Notes under the pieces: model-generated | Database searches by the model: none | Told to the model about the DNA's origin: nothing | What the model saw: the letters and a program-made list of their open reading frames with translations, nothing else | Shown here: positions 51,068 to 60,723 of the stretch, in pieces | Layout of the letters: every line of letters starts with the position of its first letter | Position numbering within the stretch: the first letter of the stretch is position 1 | Virus record (IMG/VR): IMGVR_UViG_3300028536_000014 | Coordinates: 124,001-188,000 of that record | DNA: 64,000 bases | Reading direction: 5' to 3' (one strand) | Position numbers and translations under genes: made by a program

Positions 51068-51102
51068 CTACACACGACCTGAAATAATCAGGTCGTGTGT
51101 AG
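51068..51102. terminator. hairpin between convergent genes
   Basis: 15-bp perfect stem CTACACACGACCTGA. Confidence 0.75.
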
Positions 51103-51109
51103 AATTATG

Positions 51110-52309
51110 TCAACAATTGAATTTAATACAACAGCTAGTTTGATTGGCCAACTGACGTAGATAACTAACCCCATTTGGATCATTCGCTATCATTGCTGCA
51201 ATAACACAATCTTCAGTTGTTCCAAAGGTGATAGTAAGATCACTTTCACTAAACGTATTATCAGCCACCATAGCAGATAATACTTCAGTAACATCAGACG
51301 AGACTGTTTGAATATGTTGAGTACTTGGAATTGCATCATAATCGCTAATATTCCAATTCGGATCTAACGCTATAATACTGTTGACTAATGCTGTACCTAA
51401 AGCTCCCATGTTTTGTTCAGTAGAACCTGGCGGTAATGTAAACTGCGCCATAGTGTCTGTGATGATAGAAGGAGCGAAACTAATAGGGCTGTTGTCTGTT
51501 GTAATTACAGCAGTAGCACCTATTGACATATCAATCACTGCAGTCGCATTGCCTTTCGTTGATTGTTCTGTCATGACGATACTGATAGCCCGTGCTAAAA
51601 CATCAGGTGTCATATTTGGCGTATTACTTAATGCTTTCATTACACCCGTCATATTAGCATCATATCCTAAATTACCTAGAATAACAGTTTGACGAAGTAG
51701 CGCATTGTTATCAACAGATGTATGTGGATAATTACTATTCGATACTTTATCTATAGCTTTAACTAAAGTATCGTAATCATAAATAGGATTACCTACTGAA
51801 ACGGGTTGTGAACATCCAGGAGGATTAGCAGCACCACTTGGAAGATGAACTGTAGGTCTATAGGGTTTACCTGTAGTAACATCTCCAAATAAATTCTTTC
51901 CATTATTAAGAACCCTCATATATCCTTGTACAACAGGATCATTCTTGAAGATTCCAGTTAATAAATTATTGATATCTTTAGATGAAAAACTATCGGTATT
52001 GAGAGTTGATTTTAAGATCCCTCTAACCTTACGAATAGCACTTTCAACTTTCAGAATCGTTGAAAGTGCTTTAGTTAATCCTAATGCTGATTCAACGCTA
52101 TTTTTTGTTTTAACAACATCACTTATTAATGTACCAGCACTCATAGTTCTCGACATACTACTAATCGAGCTCAGTATTGATTTCGTAATTGCAGCAACGC
52201 TATTTGATGCGCTATTTAAAATAACAGAGGGGTCACTCTGTTTGATTGACGTCATTGCGACGTTGAATTCTGTATCTAACGAATTAAATCGTACTGCCGG
52301 AATGGCCAT
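51110..52309 (-). CDS. hypothetical, probably virion-associated protein
   Basis: 399 aa; AGGAG SD; Ser/Thr/Asn-rich. Confidence 0.7.
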   Translation of the reverse strand: MAIPAVRFNSLDTEFNVAMTSIKQSDPSVILNSASNSVAAITKSILSSISSMSRTMSAGTLISDVVKTKNSVESALGLTKALSTILKVESAIRKVRGILKSTLNTDSFSSKDINNLLTGIFKNDPVVQGYMRVLNNGKNLFGDVTTGKPYRPTVHLPSGAANPPGCSQPVSVGNPIYDYDTLVKAIDKVSNSNYPHTSVDNNALLRQTVILGNLGYDANMTGVMKALSNTPNMTPDVLARAISIVMTEQSTKGNATAVIDMSIGATAVITTDNSPISFAPSIITDTMAQFTLPPGSTEQNMGALGTALVNSIIALDPNWNISDYDAIPSTQHIQTVSSDVTEVLSAMVADNTFSESDLTITFGTTEDCVIAAMIANDPNGVSYLRQLANQTSCCIKFNC

Positions 52310-52346
52310 TAAAATCTCCTATAACCATAGAATTCAATTAGAGACA

Positions 52347-52387
52347 TAAAAAAAAAAGAAGAGACCGGTGTTATCCGGTCTCTTCTT
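52347..52387 (-). terminator. intrinsic terminator
   Basis: 13-bp stem AAGAAGAGACCGG followed by a T-run and ATGTC on the minus strand. Confidence 0.8.
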
Positions 52388-52405
52388 ATAAACAACAGAG
52401 TGAAG

Positions 52406-54244
52406 TTATCCTTCGATCAATTCACTCTCATTGACTACTGATACTTCCGTTGACATCGTGGTTGTGCCACTATCTTCCTGGAAGTTGGTATCGACTTCAT
52501 CCTCATGGAGGAGACTGCTGTCCACGAGCGTTGCACCCGTGGTACCATCAACAACATCGACGAAGACGTTATCAGCACTACCTTCGACAAAGGTATTGCT
52601 ATCGACCAAAACACCTTCCGTCGATTTGTCAGAAACGCCCTCGGTCTGCTTGTCGACATTCAGAGCGTAGCTGTGATCATCGGCAGACAGCTGTTGGGTG
52701 GGTTCAGGAATGATCTGACCACGGAACAACGTGAATGTATAGCCCTTGATATCGTACACCGGGTTCGCATTCAGCTCTTCCTCGTCAAACATCACACGTT
52801 CCTTGTTATCGTCGTCGTGCGAACCTGTGCTGATACCAAAACACTTGACATTACCACTTAGGAACAACCCCGGCTGTTCATTCATCAGCATGATAAGGTT
52901 GAACGACACACCAAGCACAATGTACTTGTATTTGTCCGAATCCATCTGGTTACGAACAAGATCTTCTGCATCAACAACGAAAGGCGGCTTGACTCCGGTC
53001 TCGGTCAGAAGACTGTCGATCGGCTTGTACAACAGCACATCACGCTTCAGCTTAATGGTGTCACCACCTTCTGAATTTTCCATCACCACCTGTTTGTCAC
53101 CTTCCCGATCAATGTTCCGATCCATCAGCTTGAGCCACAGCGGAATGCTGTAGACTTCTATTTCACCGAGTACGCCTACCACAAACGTGTCCAACTTGAT
53201 CAGGTTGTTTGTTTCGAAGCCATCGACAAAGGTCCGTTCGATAATCGGTGCTGCACGAATGACGTCATCACTTGTGATCAGACCCGCACGAAAAAGTTCC
53301 TGATGATCGCTGATCTGCAATAGCGGAAGACTGACGTCGGCGACGACCGGACCAGTCTGAACCGCGATATCGTTGATCTTGACCGTACGACGGAACTGTT
53401 TGAGGAACAGAATGTCGGTCGATTCGTTGATGCTGGGAACGAGGATCGTGTACTTCTGATCAGGCTTGAAGATGAAGATATCACGATCGCGCTTCGATGT
53501 CTTCGGAGTTTTCGATTCGTGAACCGGCTTCGACGTCGTTGGCTTCTTGCTTTCTTCACGAGTCTGCAGACGCCGCTTGGTGGATTCCGGAATCACCGGA
53601 CGAATGGTTTCGTAGATGTCGGTCGGAGGATTGTTCGGATCATCGCACAGGAAACTGAAGTTCGGTTCCCTGCCTTCCTGAATGGCCTTCTGGATCTCCA
53701 TGTAACCATTCACAACCCAATCGTGATGCGCCGGACGAATCCGAACGCCCGTTTCGCCAGCACGATACATGTCGAACGGAAGTTCGTTCTCGTACATCTG
53801 CTGATTCAATTGCGTGCTGCAACGGATACGCTGATAAGCCGCATCCATGACGATCGCTTTGAGATGGGGAATCTTGCGCTGAGTCAACTGCTTGGTGAGA
53901 CTCTGCAGTTCACGACCTACCGCAAAACGCAGACGATCCGAACGTTCTTCAGAACGGATGTAAGCCCAGAAGCCGCTGATCGTTGCGAAGTTCAGGAAGA
54001 TGGGATGTTTGAAGTTCAACCGGTAGCTGAAGTCGAGCATTTTGCCGAGATTGGTCTCTGCGTAAAAGTCGATGTTGATGTGATCTTCACCATCACCCTT
54101 CCAGCTGTCAGCAGCTTTCCATACGCCTGTCTTCCCGTTGGTCTTGCGGACGACGAGATTATTGTTCCTCAGAGCGCCTGAAACGGCATCACCCATCGCG
54201 CTGTTGTGCTGACGGTCATAATTCTTGTTGTACTTCTTGGACAT
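52406..54244 (-). CDS. conserved jumbo-phage protein with a possible divergent NADAR-like N-terminal domain
   Basis: DGEDHINI...LGKML...F.HP..F.T..GFW; markedly GC-richer; acidic tail. Confidence 0.7.
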   Translation of the reverse strand: MSKKYNKNYDRQHNSAMGDAVSGALRNNNLVVRKTNGKTGVWKAADSWKGDGEDHINIDFYAETNLGKMLDFSYRLNFKHPIFLNFATISGFWAYIRSEERSDRLRFAVGRELQSLTKQLTQRKIPHLKAIVMDAAYQRIRCSTQLNQQMYENELPFDMYRAGETGVRIRPAHHDWVVNGYMEIQKAIQEGREPNFSFLCDDPNNPPTDIYETIRPVIPESTKRRLQTREESKKPTTSKPVHESKTPKTSKRDRDIFIFKPDQKYTILVPSINESTDILFLKQFRRTVKINDIAVQTGPVVADVSLPLLQISDHQELFRAGLITSDDVIRAAPIIERTFVDGFETNNLIKLDTFVVGVLGEIEVYSIPLWLKLMDRNIDREGDKQVVMENSEGGDTIKLKRDVLLYKPIDSLLTETGVKPPFVVDAEDLVRNQMDSDKYKYIVLGVSFNLIMLMNEQPGLFLSGNVKCFGISTGSHDDDNKERVMFDEEELNANPVYDIKGYTFTLFRGQIIPEPTQQLSADDHSYALNVDKQTEGVSDKSTEGVLVDSNTFVEGSADNVFVDVVDGTTGATLVDSSLLHEDEVDTNFQEDSGTTTMSTEVSVVNESELIEG

Positions 54245-54283
54245 GATAGAATCCTTGAATTGTTAAAGAGAGAGAGAGAAAGA

Positions 54284-54823
54284 CTACCTGAGATCAGTCA
54301 GAGGTTTCTGACCTAAAACGGTTGCTCGAAACACCATGTTAAGCATAGACAAACTAACCAACCATGGGTTCTGCAAATAAACGGAACGAACATCTTCGAA
54401 ACTTTGTGCGATGCTAGTCAAAACAGCTTCTATACCGGTATCCTGTCTATTTTTGGATGGCTCGGCTTTGCTAGTGAATGATGATTTGGCTAAGGTATTA
54501 ATTAACCTTATAAAAACATCTTCACCGATTGGTGTGATTTCCAAAACAACACGTTCCAGTAATTCGAGATGGAAATCTCTTATGAAAGCATTACTAAAGA
54601 TAACTTGATTATTTCTCTCCACTGATTGAGGTAATGAAATTTGATACAAACGAAACGAGGTATAAAAGTCTCCTATGTATTTGCTTAGTTCTTCAACATC
54701 TCCTTCAAGAACGAAGGAACTGGTGATAGCATCAAAGATGTTAACGTAAACAGATTTAATCCGTTCATATTCTTCTAAATTTAATAAATTGATACTCGGT
54801 TGTTTTGTAGGTTCAATTGCCAT
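54284..54823 (-). CDS. hypothetical protein
   Basis: 179-aa ORF in operon. Confidence 0.75.
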   Translation of the reverse strand: MAIEPTKQPSINLLNLEEYERIKSVYVNIFDAITSSFVLEGDVEELSKYIGDFYTSFRLYQISLPQSVERNNQVIFSNAFIRDFHLELLERVVLEITPIGEDVFIRLINTLAKSSFTSKAEPSKNRQDTGIEAVLTSIAQSFEDVRSVYLQNPWLVSLSMLNMVFRATVLGQKPLTDLR

Positions 54824-54831
54824 GAAAGAGA

Positions 54832-55521
54832 TTACCGGAATACCAACGTTTTCTGATGAGTGGAAATCAGTTTGTTTTCATACAACAAGTTCAGGTGGAA
54901 AATCATTTTATAAGTCCTCAAGAAAAGGATACCTTTTATAAAGATTTTCCAACTAATGTAATCTTTCAGAATTTCCCTCCTTAACGAACACTTCGTGGTA
55001 TACTGGTCAACAGGTGTACTACCCGGTTTTGAAATCTTGACATAATGATCAAGATAGTCAGAGAATTGTTCATCATTAATTTTAAGCTCATCCAAGATCT
55101 GTCTTAGAAAAAGCTCCAACACGTTAGCATCCTTAGAATTAGCTGACTCATCTTTAACTAACTCATCAGAAATAGCGAACTCGTATTCATGGATTGTGGT
55201 TTTACTATCATCCCTGAACATTGTCACTGACATGATAATATTAGTGACTTTTAAGAACTTTAACCCTTTGAGAAAAACTTTCCAGGTCATTGTTGGGTTT
55301 AATAATTCCCTACGAAATGCAGAACGTGATGTAGAAATTTCGGCAGTATTACTTGCTAATCCTTCTCTGATGATATATTTATCTAGCAGAGCTAAGAAAC
55401 GGTTAGTATCGATATGAAGATCTTTGAGGATGTCTCTAAAGTAACTTGATAAAATCGCGTCACTTCCACCACTACCGATCCTTTCACCATACTGAATTTC
55501 TGCGGACTTCATATCAGACAT
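54832..55521 (-). CDS. protein made of two tandem homologous domains
   Basis: RRELLNPTMTWKVFLKGLKFL versus RREILKDYISWKIFIKGILFL. Confidence 0.8.
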   Translation of the reverse strand: MSDMKSAEIQYGERIGSGGSDAILSSYFRDILKDLHIDTNRFLALLDKYIIREGLASNTAEISTSRSAFRRELLNPTMTWKVFLKGLKFLKVTNIIMSVTMFRDDSKTTIHEYEFAISDELVKDESANSKDANVLELFLRQILDELKINDEQFSDYLDHYVKISKPGSTPVDQYTTKCSLRREILKDYISWKIFIKGILFLRTYKMIFHLNLLYENKLISTHQKTLVFR

Positions 55522-55551
55522 TCGTATCGTCCCGTTTTAAACGTAGGTGTT

Positions 55552-55585
55552 CTCAAATAGAGTATGTAGGGTTATTATTTTTTAC
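55552..55585 (-). promoter_or_regulatory. putative phage promoter
   Basis: CTACATACTCTATTTGAG, close to ATATACTCTATATGAG upstream of phuZ. Confidence 0.55.
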
Positions 55586-55592
55586 GAATGCT

Positions 55593-56123
55593 TTAACGGA
55601 GCTCAGAATTTTTGATCGCATTCGTATTCGAATGATTAACATCGTATTGCGTTGCGATAATTAAACAATTAACGATGTCTTTTATTTGATTCAATACTGG
55701 ACCTACATGAAAAAGTGTTTTTCCTTGTAAGTTAGAATTATCAGCTTCAAATTTAATGTAGTTCTGAACGAGTTTTGTACTTCGTTCTTTGAAGACTTCT
55801 AATTCTGATTTCAGATTCAAATAGTTATTATTGGAATCTACAAACCAATCTCTTAATTCAATTTCTATTAATGGATTGGAAAATAGTTGTGGATTGATTT
55901 CTTTTGAAATACTCAACCGATCATTGATTCTTCTCAAGAATTGGTTATACTCCTGAATTGATTGGAAAGGAGTTCTAATCCTTATTATATCTAAATTAGG
56001 TGAGAAGACTCTAATCGCTCGCTCACTCCGAATCAATCCGATTCGTGTCAATAAAGTTTCATGAGAACTTTCAACTTTTATTACTCTCTTCTTTTGAAGG
56101 AAGCGAAACATTTCAACCTCCAT
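55593..56123 (-). CDS. hypothetical protein
   Basis: 176-aa ORF. Confidence 0.65.
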   Translation of the reverse strand: MEVEMFRFLQKKRVIKVESSHETLLTRIGLIRSERAIRVFSPNLDIIRIRTPFQSIQEYNQFLRRINDRLSISKEINPQLFSNPLIEIELRDWFVDSNNNYLNLKSELEVFKERSTKLVQNYIKFEADNSNLQGKTLFHVGPVLNQIKDIVNCLIIATQYDVNHSNTNAIKNSELR

Positions 56124-56177
56124 CGTACCTGCTCAAAGAAAGTATGTATGATTGAAAATATCTGAAAAGGAATATGT

Positions 56178-56567
56178 ATGACCGACGCTAATGTTTTTAC
56201 TCCGGAGGAAACGACGGAAGTTTTGGATGTCCAGAACGTTCGTAAAGCTCTGATCCGAGAGTTAACAGTGGACGGTAAACCACCAGCCCATACTTCTGAC
56301 AAAGTGTTACTCCTTGGTTTACTTGATGGAGCTGATCGTTCTGTTTTCACTCGTGCTAAATTGAAAGCTGATCGAATGAAAGATGAGAATACTCAAAGTG
56401 TTCTCAAAGTAACTGCTGAATTGCTTCGCAGTATCAATACTCGAACCTATCGTCCAAATGCAAATATGGGTGATCGTATTCTGCCTGAATCAGTTGTTGA
56501 AAGAGAGTTCGTGCCTGGTGAATTGGATATCGGAATTGAACCTATCTCATTAGAGCAACAAATATAG
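56178..56567 (+). CDS. conserved hypothetical protein
   Basis: AAGGA SD; FVPGELDIG C-terminal motif. Confidence 0.75.
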   Translation: MTDANVFTPEETTEVLDVQNVRKALIRELTVDGKPPAHTSDKVLLLGLLDGADRSVFTRAKLKADRMKDENTQSVLKVTAELLRSINTRTYRPNANMGDRILPESVVEREFVPGELDIGIEPISLEQQI

Positions 56568-56588
56568 ATTTAATGAAGAAAAAATACC

Positions 56589-56628
56589 ACTACATACCTA
56601 TCCCTGATAGTAGGGATAGGTATGTAGT
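56589..56628. terminator. hairpin between convergent genes
   Basis: 17-bp perfect stem ACTACATACCTATCCCT. Confidence 0.75.
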
Positions 56629-56641
56629 AACGTTTATGTAT

Positions 56642-57355
56642 TTATTTTTTAATAGGTTTATTAACAGAAACGTTGGCTGAAAATAGTTTTGAAACCATAA
56701 GTTCCAAATCAATAAAAGGTTTAGCTAACATTTCCATATAACGTTGTAATTCAAGCGCATTAATGGTTAGATCGTTTATATTCCTAATCAACAAAGGCCC
56801 GATCATTGTAACCATAGGACAAGAATTTTTCCGTAAATTATTATTTTTACTATGAGTTTCTAGCCATTCATAAGGATCATAAATTGCAATAACAGAAGTT
56901 TCTTGTTTTAAATATCCAGGACTTATATCTTCATATTTCATATATACGAATTCGATCTTTGTGATTTTTCCAGTTCGAATTTGAAGTCCTTTCTTCAATA
57001 ACTCTTTTTCATCTTCTGTTAATTGATAAGGATAAAGATTAACAACAATACGAGGTTCTCGTAAGAAGGGTGTTTTGATATTTCCTTCATACGTACGTTG
57101 ACAAAAATCTCGTATGTAATTCACAATCGGTGTCATCATAGAAGCTTGAAGTGTGAGTTTATCACGATTCTTATAAAGCTCCTGGAATTTATTTTGATCA
57201 ACACCTTTAAACACATCACGATCTCGAGTAAAATAACCACCTTTGATATAATCTTCAAGACGGTTTGGATCGATCCTCATTAATGTACCCATACGGGTAT
57301 CGATGATAGCATCAAGTTCTGTAAAGAAAACAGAAGGAAGTACTTTTTCAGCCAC
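56642..57355 (-). CDS. conserved hypothetical protein (HAD-like start ELDAIIDTR)
   Basis: 237 aa; adjacent to the gp149-like RNAP gene. Confidence 0.7.
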   Translation of the reverse strand: MAEKVLPSVFFTELDAIIDTRMGTLMRIDPNRLEDYIKGGYFTRDRDVFKGVDQNKFQELYKNRDKLTLQASMMTPIVNYIRDFCQRTYEGNIKTPFLREPRIVVNLYPYQLTEDEKELLKKGLQIRTGKITKIEFVYMKYEDISPGYLKQETSVIAIYDPYEWLETHSKNNNLRKNSCPMVTMIGPLLIRNINDLTINALELQRYMEMLAKPFIDLELMVSKLFSANVSVNKPIKK

Positions 57356-57370
57356 AACGTTCTAGTTTGA

Positions 57371-58045
57371 TCATAGATTATTACGAAGCATAGCTGCACT
57401 TAAAAAGGTACGAAGTGATGCTGTAGATTCTACTCCACCCTGATATTTATCCAAGGTAGCAAGATTCACCGAACCGTATCGTGACATCAACCCATTAAAC
57501 GCAATACGACTCTGAATATCACCTCCACGATGTTTCATCGCTTCAATCAAAGGCGCTTCCAGATTCATAGCAGATAAAACTTGAATTTCAGGTCCTGAAA
57601 GTGCAGCACCTTTGGATTCACCTGTTACTTGACCTGTTAAAGAATCAACAACACGAGTGCTCTTAGGAACCTTGATTTTCTTATCAGAGGTTTGAGATAA
57701 ACGACGAACAGGTAAATCGATGACCATATATTCAATTGGAGTAAGATGGTCGGGAAGACCTTCTTTACCGATAACCATAATCTTTGTAAAGAAACTATGA
57801 CCTATCTTATCACCTACTTCTAAATTGTTATCAAGACTGAGACCATCGTCAGTATGATTAGGAGAAATGATCATTAAAATCTCTTCTCCACTACTGAGTC
57901 TGTTCATGAAACGATTAAACTCATCATCAGACATCGCTTTGAATCGTTTTTCATAAAGCTCACGATTCTGCTTGGACTTCGGAGTCAGACTCTCGATGCT
58001 ATCGAGAATAAACATTTCAACCTGTTTCCGTTTGTTAGCAGCCAT
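57371..58045 (-). CDS. virion RNA polymerase beta subunit, C-terminal polypeptide (gp149-like)
   Basis: LPVRRLSQ, LTGQVTGESKG..SGPE (equivalent to RpoB QP..GGQRFGEME), RGGD. Confidence 0.85.
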   Translation of the reverse strand: MAANKRKQVEMFILDSIESLTPKSKQNRELYEKRFKAMSDDEFNRFMNRLSSGEEILMIISPNHTDDGLSLDNNLEVGDKIGHSFFTKIMVIGKEGLPDHLTPIEYMVIDLPVRRLSQTSDKKIKVPKSTRVVDSLTGQVTGESKGAALSGPEIQVLSAMNLEAPLIEAMKHRGGDIQSRIAFNGLMSRYGSVNLATLDKYQGGVESTASLRTFLSAAMLRNNL

Positions 58046-58061
58046 GATTGTCTCTCACTAA

Positions 58062-58433
58062 TTAAGGAATATAAATAGGAAGTTGATGTTGAAATACAAA
58101 CGGAAGAACGGTGTTAGTAAATAAACGCATCCAGTCTTCTTCCGAACCATTTGCAATCAAATGCAATCGAATTTCAATGGTGTCTATATTCAACATCATT
58201 AACTGTCGTGTCCAATAACGATTCAGCAGAAATCGCTGAATATGCGATTGTTTATCAACAGCCTCCATAATGATCGGGTCGTTATCAAACCCATTGATAG
58301 ATTGGCCATTAAACATACCACTTGCGACAAGTTGGTTTCGAACCAGTGTAACCAGATCAATATCTCCATCTTGACGAGGAGCACTGAAACGTTCGAATCC
58401 TTCTTTTAATAGTCCAACGTTAAGATCTTGCAT
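58062..58433 (-). CDS. conserved hypothetical protein
   Basis: 123 aa; GAGG SD. Confidence 0.75.
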   Translation of the reverse strand: MQDLNVGLLKEGFERFSAPRQDGDIDLVTLVRNQLVASGMFNGQSINGFDNDPIIMEAVDKQSHIQRFLLNRYWTRQLMMLNIDTIEIRLHLIANGSEEDWMRLFTNTVLPFVFQHQLPIYIP

Positions 58434-58499
58434 GAGAATTCCTCAATATGCTCCAATGTTGATGTTTTACGTTTTCTAAATATTTAATATTCGTATTCA

Positions 58500-59174
58500 T
58501 TAACACGAACACGGAGCTGGATATGTACCTAACACCCACCCAGTATAAGTATTGATAACGCGATCGAAACAACCTTGTGGTGTTTGAATACGTTGTCGAA
58601 GAATACCATCGCCAATGAAAACTTGACACATGACGATACCACTACCGAATTGAATTGGAATCAAACGAGGTTGTTCGTGATGTGTGTCACTAACCCATAA
58701 AGCATTTGTAGTATGTGGTTGTAATGCATTTTCAGAATCATGAAATGCATTACTTCCAATATCTGTTTTGCCGGATGTTAATACTGCAACATCTGACCAT
58801 GCTACCCAACGATATTGAAATTGTTGCCAACCTGGACGTTTACCTCGAAGTAAAACATCTCCGGTATTGCAAACAGCCGATGAAATCTGAACACCTTCTT
58901 CCGTTGTGACAGAAGTGAAAATAGTTTTCTGTACACAATCGAAATTGATTTGCCATAATGAAGCTTGTACTTTGGCATCATCTACTCGACTGATAGGAAC
59001 CCCCAGTTGCCACGACTCTATCGCTTTAATGACAGTAGGAATGGCTCCCATAAGAGAAATAGCGAGGGTTGGATAGATTAGAAACCATTGCCACCATCGA
59101 TTGATCTTAGGTGTTGGGGCTGGACTCTCGGGAACAGGTGTCTCGGATACCACTTCAGTAACTGAATCGTTCAT
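58500..59174 (-). CDS. single-TM, Cys-containing exported protein
   Basis: RWWQWFLIYPTLAISLMGAIP segment; six Cys; ATGA overlap with uvsX. Confidence 0.7.
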   Translation of the reverse strand: MNDSVTEVVSETPVPESPAPTPKINRWWQWFLIYPTLAISLMGAIPTVIKAIESWQLGVPISRVDDAKVQASLWQINFDCVQKTIFTSVTTEEGVQISSAVCNTGDVLLRGKRPGWQQFQYRWVAWSDVAVLTSGKTDIGSNAFHDSENALQPHTTNALWVSDTHHEQPRLIPIQFGSGIVMCQVFIGDGILRQRIQTPQGCFDRVINTYTGWVLGTYPAPCSC

Positions 59175-60640
59175 TTCCCTTTCCTCAAAAATTGCTTCTT
59201 AACGGTTTTGTGGTCGTCTTCCATCCAGTATGGACAATAGTTACCAGCTGACATTTCAAGCAAGTCTAATGAACTGAGATAGTAATCTCCAACACTTTCA
59301 TTACTATATGTCCACCACCCTCGTGTGTTTTCAAGAATAAAATCAACGTCATAACCCTGTGCTTTAAGTCCAGTATAAAGTGCATCAGCTGTCATCAATT
59401 TCTCACCGATATAAGGTTTCTGAAACTGATACATCTGAGCCAGTTCTGAAGTGATATTCAAAGCACGACGTAGTTTTCTTGATTCATCGATCTTCTGTCG
59501 AACTGTTGTTCTTTGAAGTGTTTCTTCAGGAAATAGAAATAATCGATAGGTTCGATCGTTTCCATCAAATCCAAAAGATTCATAATCCTTCAGTAAGTTG
59601 AATTCAGTGAGAGAGGGCAGAACACCTTCCGACTGAGATACCACGATATCCAATTTGAACCCATTCGGACCCGCGTTACCACGGATGTGTTGGAGAGAAA
59701 CAAGATTAAGGTCAGTATCACCAACCACTGCCTGACCTTGTAACTTAGGGAATTTTGGTGTTTTGTCATCTTTATTCCAAAGCAAACCACAATTTGTAAC
59801 AAGCCATAAATTGTGTTGTTGATAGAGAAACTGTCCAGTAACACCTTTAATCTTGGTGTCGGTATTCAGGAATTGAAGTTGCTTCTTAGGAGGGGCTTGA
59901 CCTGGACCTGATGACATGGTGTTATTAGCACCAATATGAGCTGTTGCCAGAATATAATGTTTAGAAGCTGCTCCTAGAGAAGGAAGTTCATGAAGCATTT
60001 GGGCTTTACCTAAACCTTCTCTCATAAATAAATGAGAACCAGATGAATCACCGATATTGTTTTTATCCATTATATCAGCAGCTGCATTAATATGCATGGC
60101 AGAGATACTATCTAACTCGCTGAAAGTTGGAACCAATTCTGTAGCACGTTTACCTTCTTTGTTATTGAAAGGTAAATTAACTTGGAACTGTTTAGCATTC
60201 TTTCGTTTGTCATGCATGAATTCGCGAAGCTTTGAGTACCACTCATCGGCTAAATAAGCAGATGAATCTGAAATAACCCAAGATCCTTCATCAATAAGAT
60301 CGATATTACTGAATTGAGGAAATTGACACATAAATTTCTTTAACCACTGAGTATGAATATTCGTTTCACTATCATACGTCGAACAAGAGGTTTCAGTAGC
60401 AGTCCAAATTTTAGCCATCGCACTCAGGAGCTGATAATGTAAGATAGTAGACTTGTACATCTTACCAGGCCCAACAATGGCCGTTAATGGACCCAAACCA
60501 CCCATCAGAACCCATTCACCGTAAATGCCACGAACCCAATATCCTGTTGGAATATCAAGTGTAGCGCCAATGTTAATCAACGTCTTATGCTGATCAATTG
60601 GTTTAAACCCTGGCTTCAGAATCATTTTTATTTTTCTCAT
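59171..60640 (-). CDS. uvsX: UvsX/RecA-like recombinase (phiKZ gp152-like)
   Basis: INIGATLDIPTG, P-loop GPGKMYKST, YDSE, ELDSIS, SQSEG. Confidence 0.85.
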   Translation of the reverse strand: MRKIKMILKPGFKPIDQHKTLINIGATLDIPTGYWVRGIYGEWVLMGGLGPLTAIVGPGKMYKSTILHYQLLSAMAKIWTATETSCSTYDSETNIHTQWLKKFMCQFPQFSNIDLIDEGSWVISDSSAYLADEWYSKLREFMHDKRKNAKQFQVNLPFNNKEGKRATELVPTFSELDSISAMHINAAADIMDKNNIGDSSGSHLFMREGLGKAQMLHELPSLGAASKHYILATAHIGANNTMSSGPGQAPPKKQLQFLNTDTKIKGVTGQFLYQQHNLWLVTNCGLLWNKDDKTPKFPKLQGQAVVGDTDLNLVSLQHIRGNAGPNGFKLDIVVSQSEGVLPSLTEFNLLKDYESFGFDGNDRTYRLFLFPEETLQRTTVRQKIDESRKLRRALNITSELAQMYQFQKPYIGEKLMTADALYTGLKAQGYDVDFILENTRGWWTYSNESVGDYYLSSLDLLEMSAGNYCPYWMEDDHKTVKKQFLRKGK

Positions 60641-60723
60641 ATAAGCGAACCATGCGCTATTTGATGAGTAGCGTTATAGGTTTTTTAAACCTATTCATAA
60701 ATTAAAAACCAGGAATTATATCC

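Noticed and set aside
52431-54181. Overlapping plus-strand ORFs (up to 220 aa), and similar ones opposite the sheath and tube genes
   Set aside because: Antisense shadows of GC-richer genes with no recognisable motifs.
54265-54283. (GA)n tract as a phase-variation site
   Set aside because: Short and intergenic; equally explained as a pyrimidine-rich leader on the coding strand.
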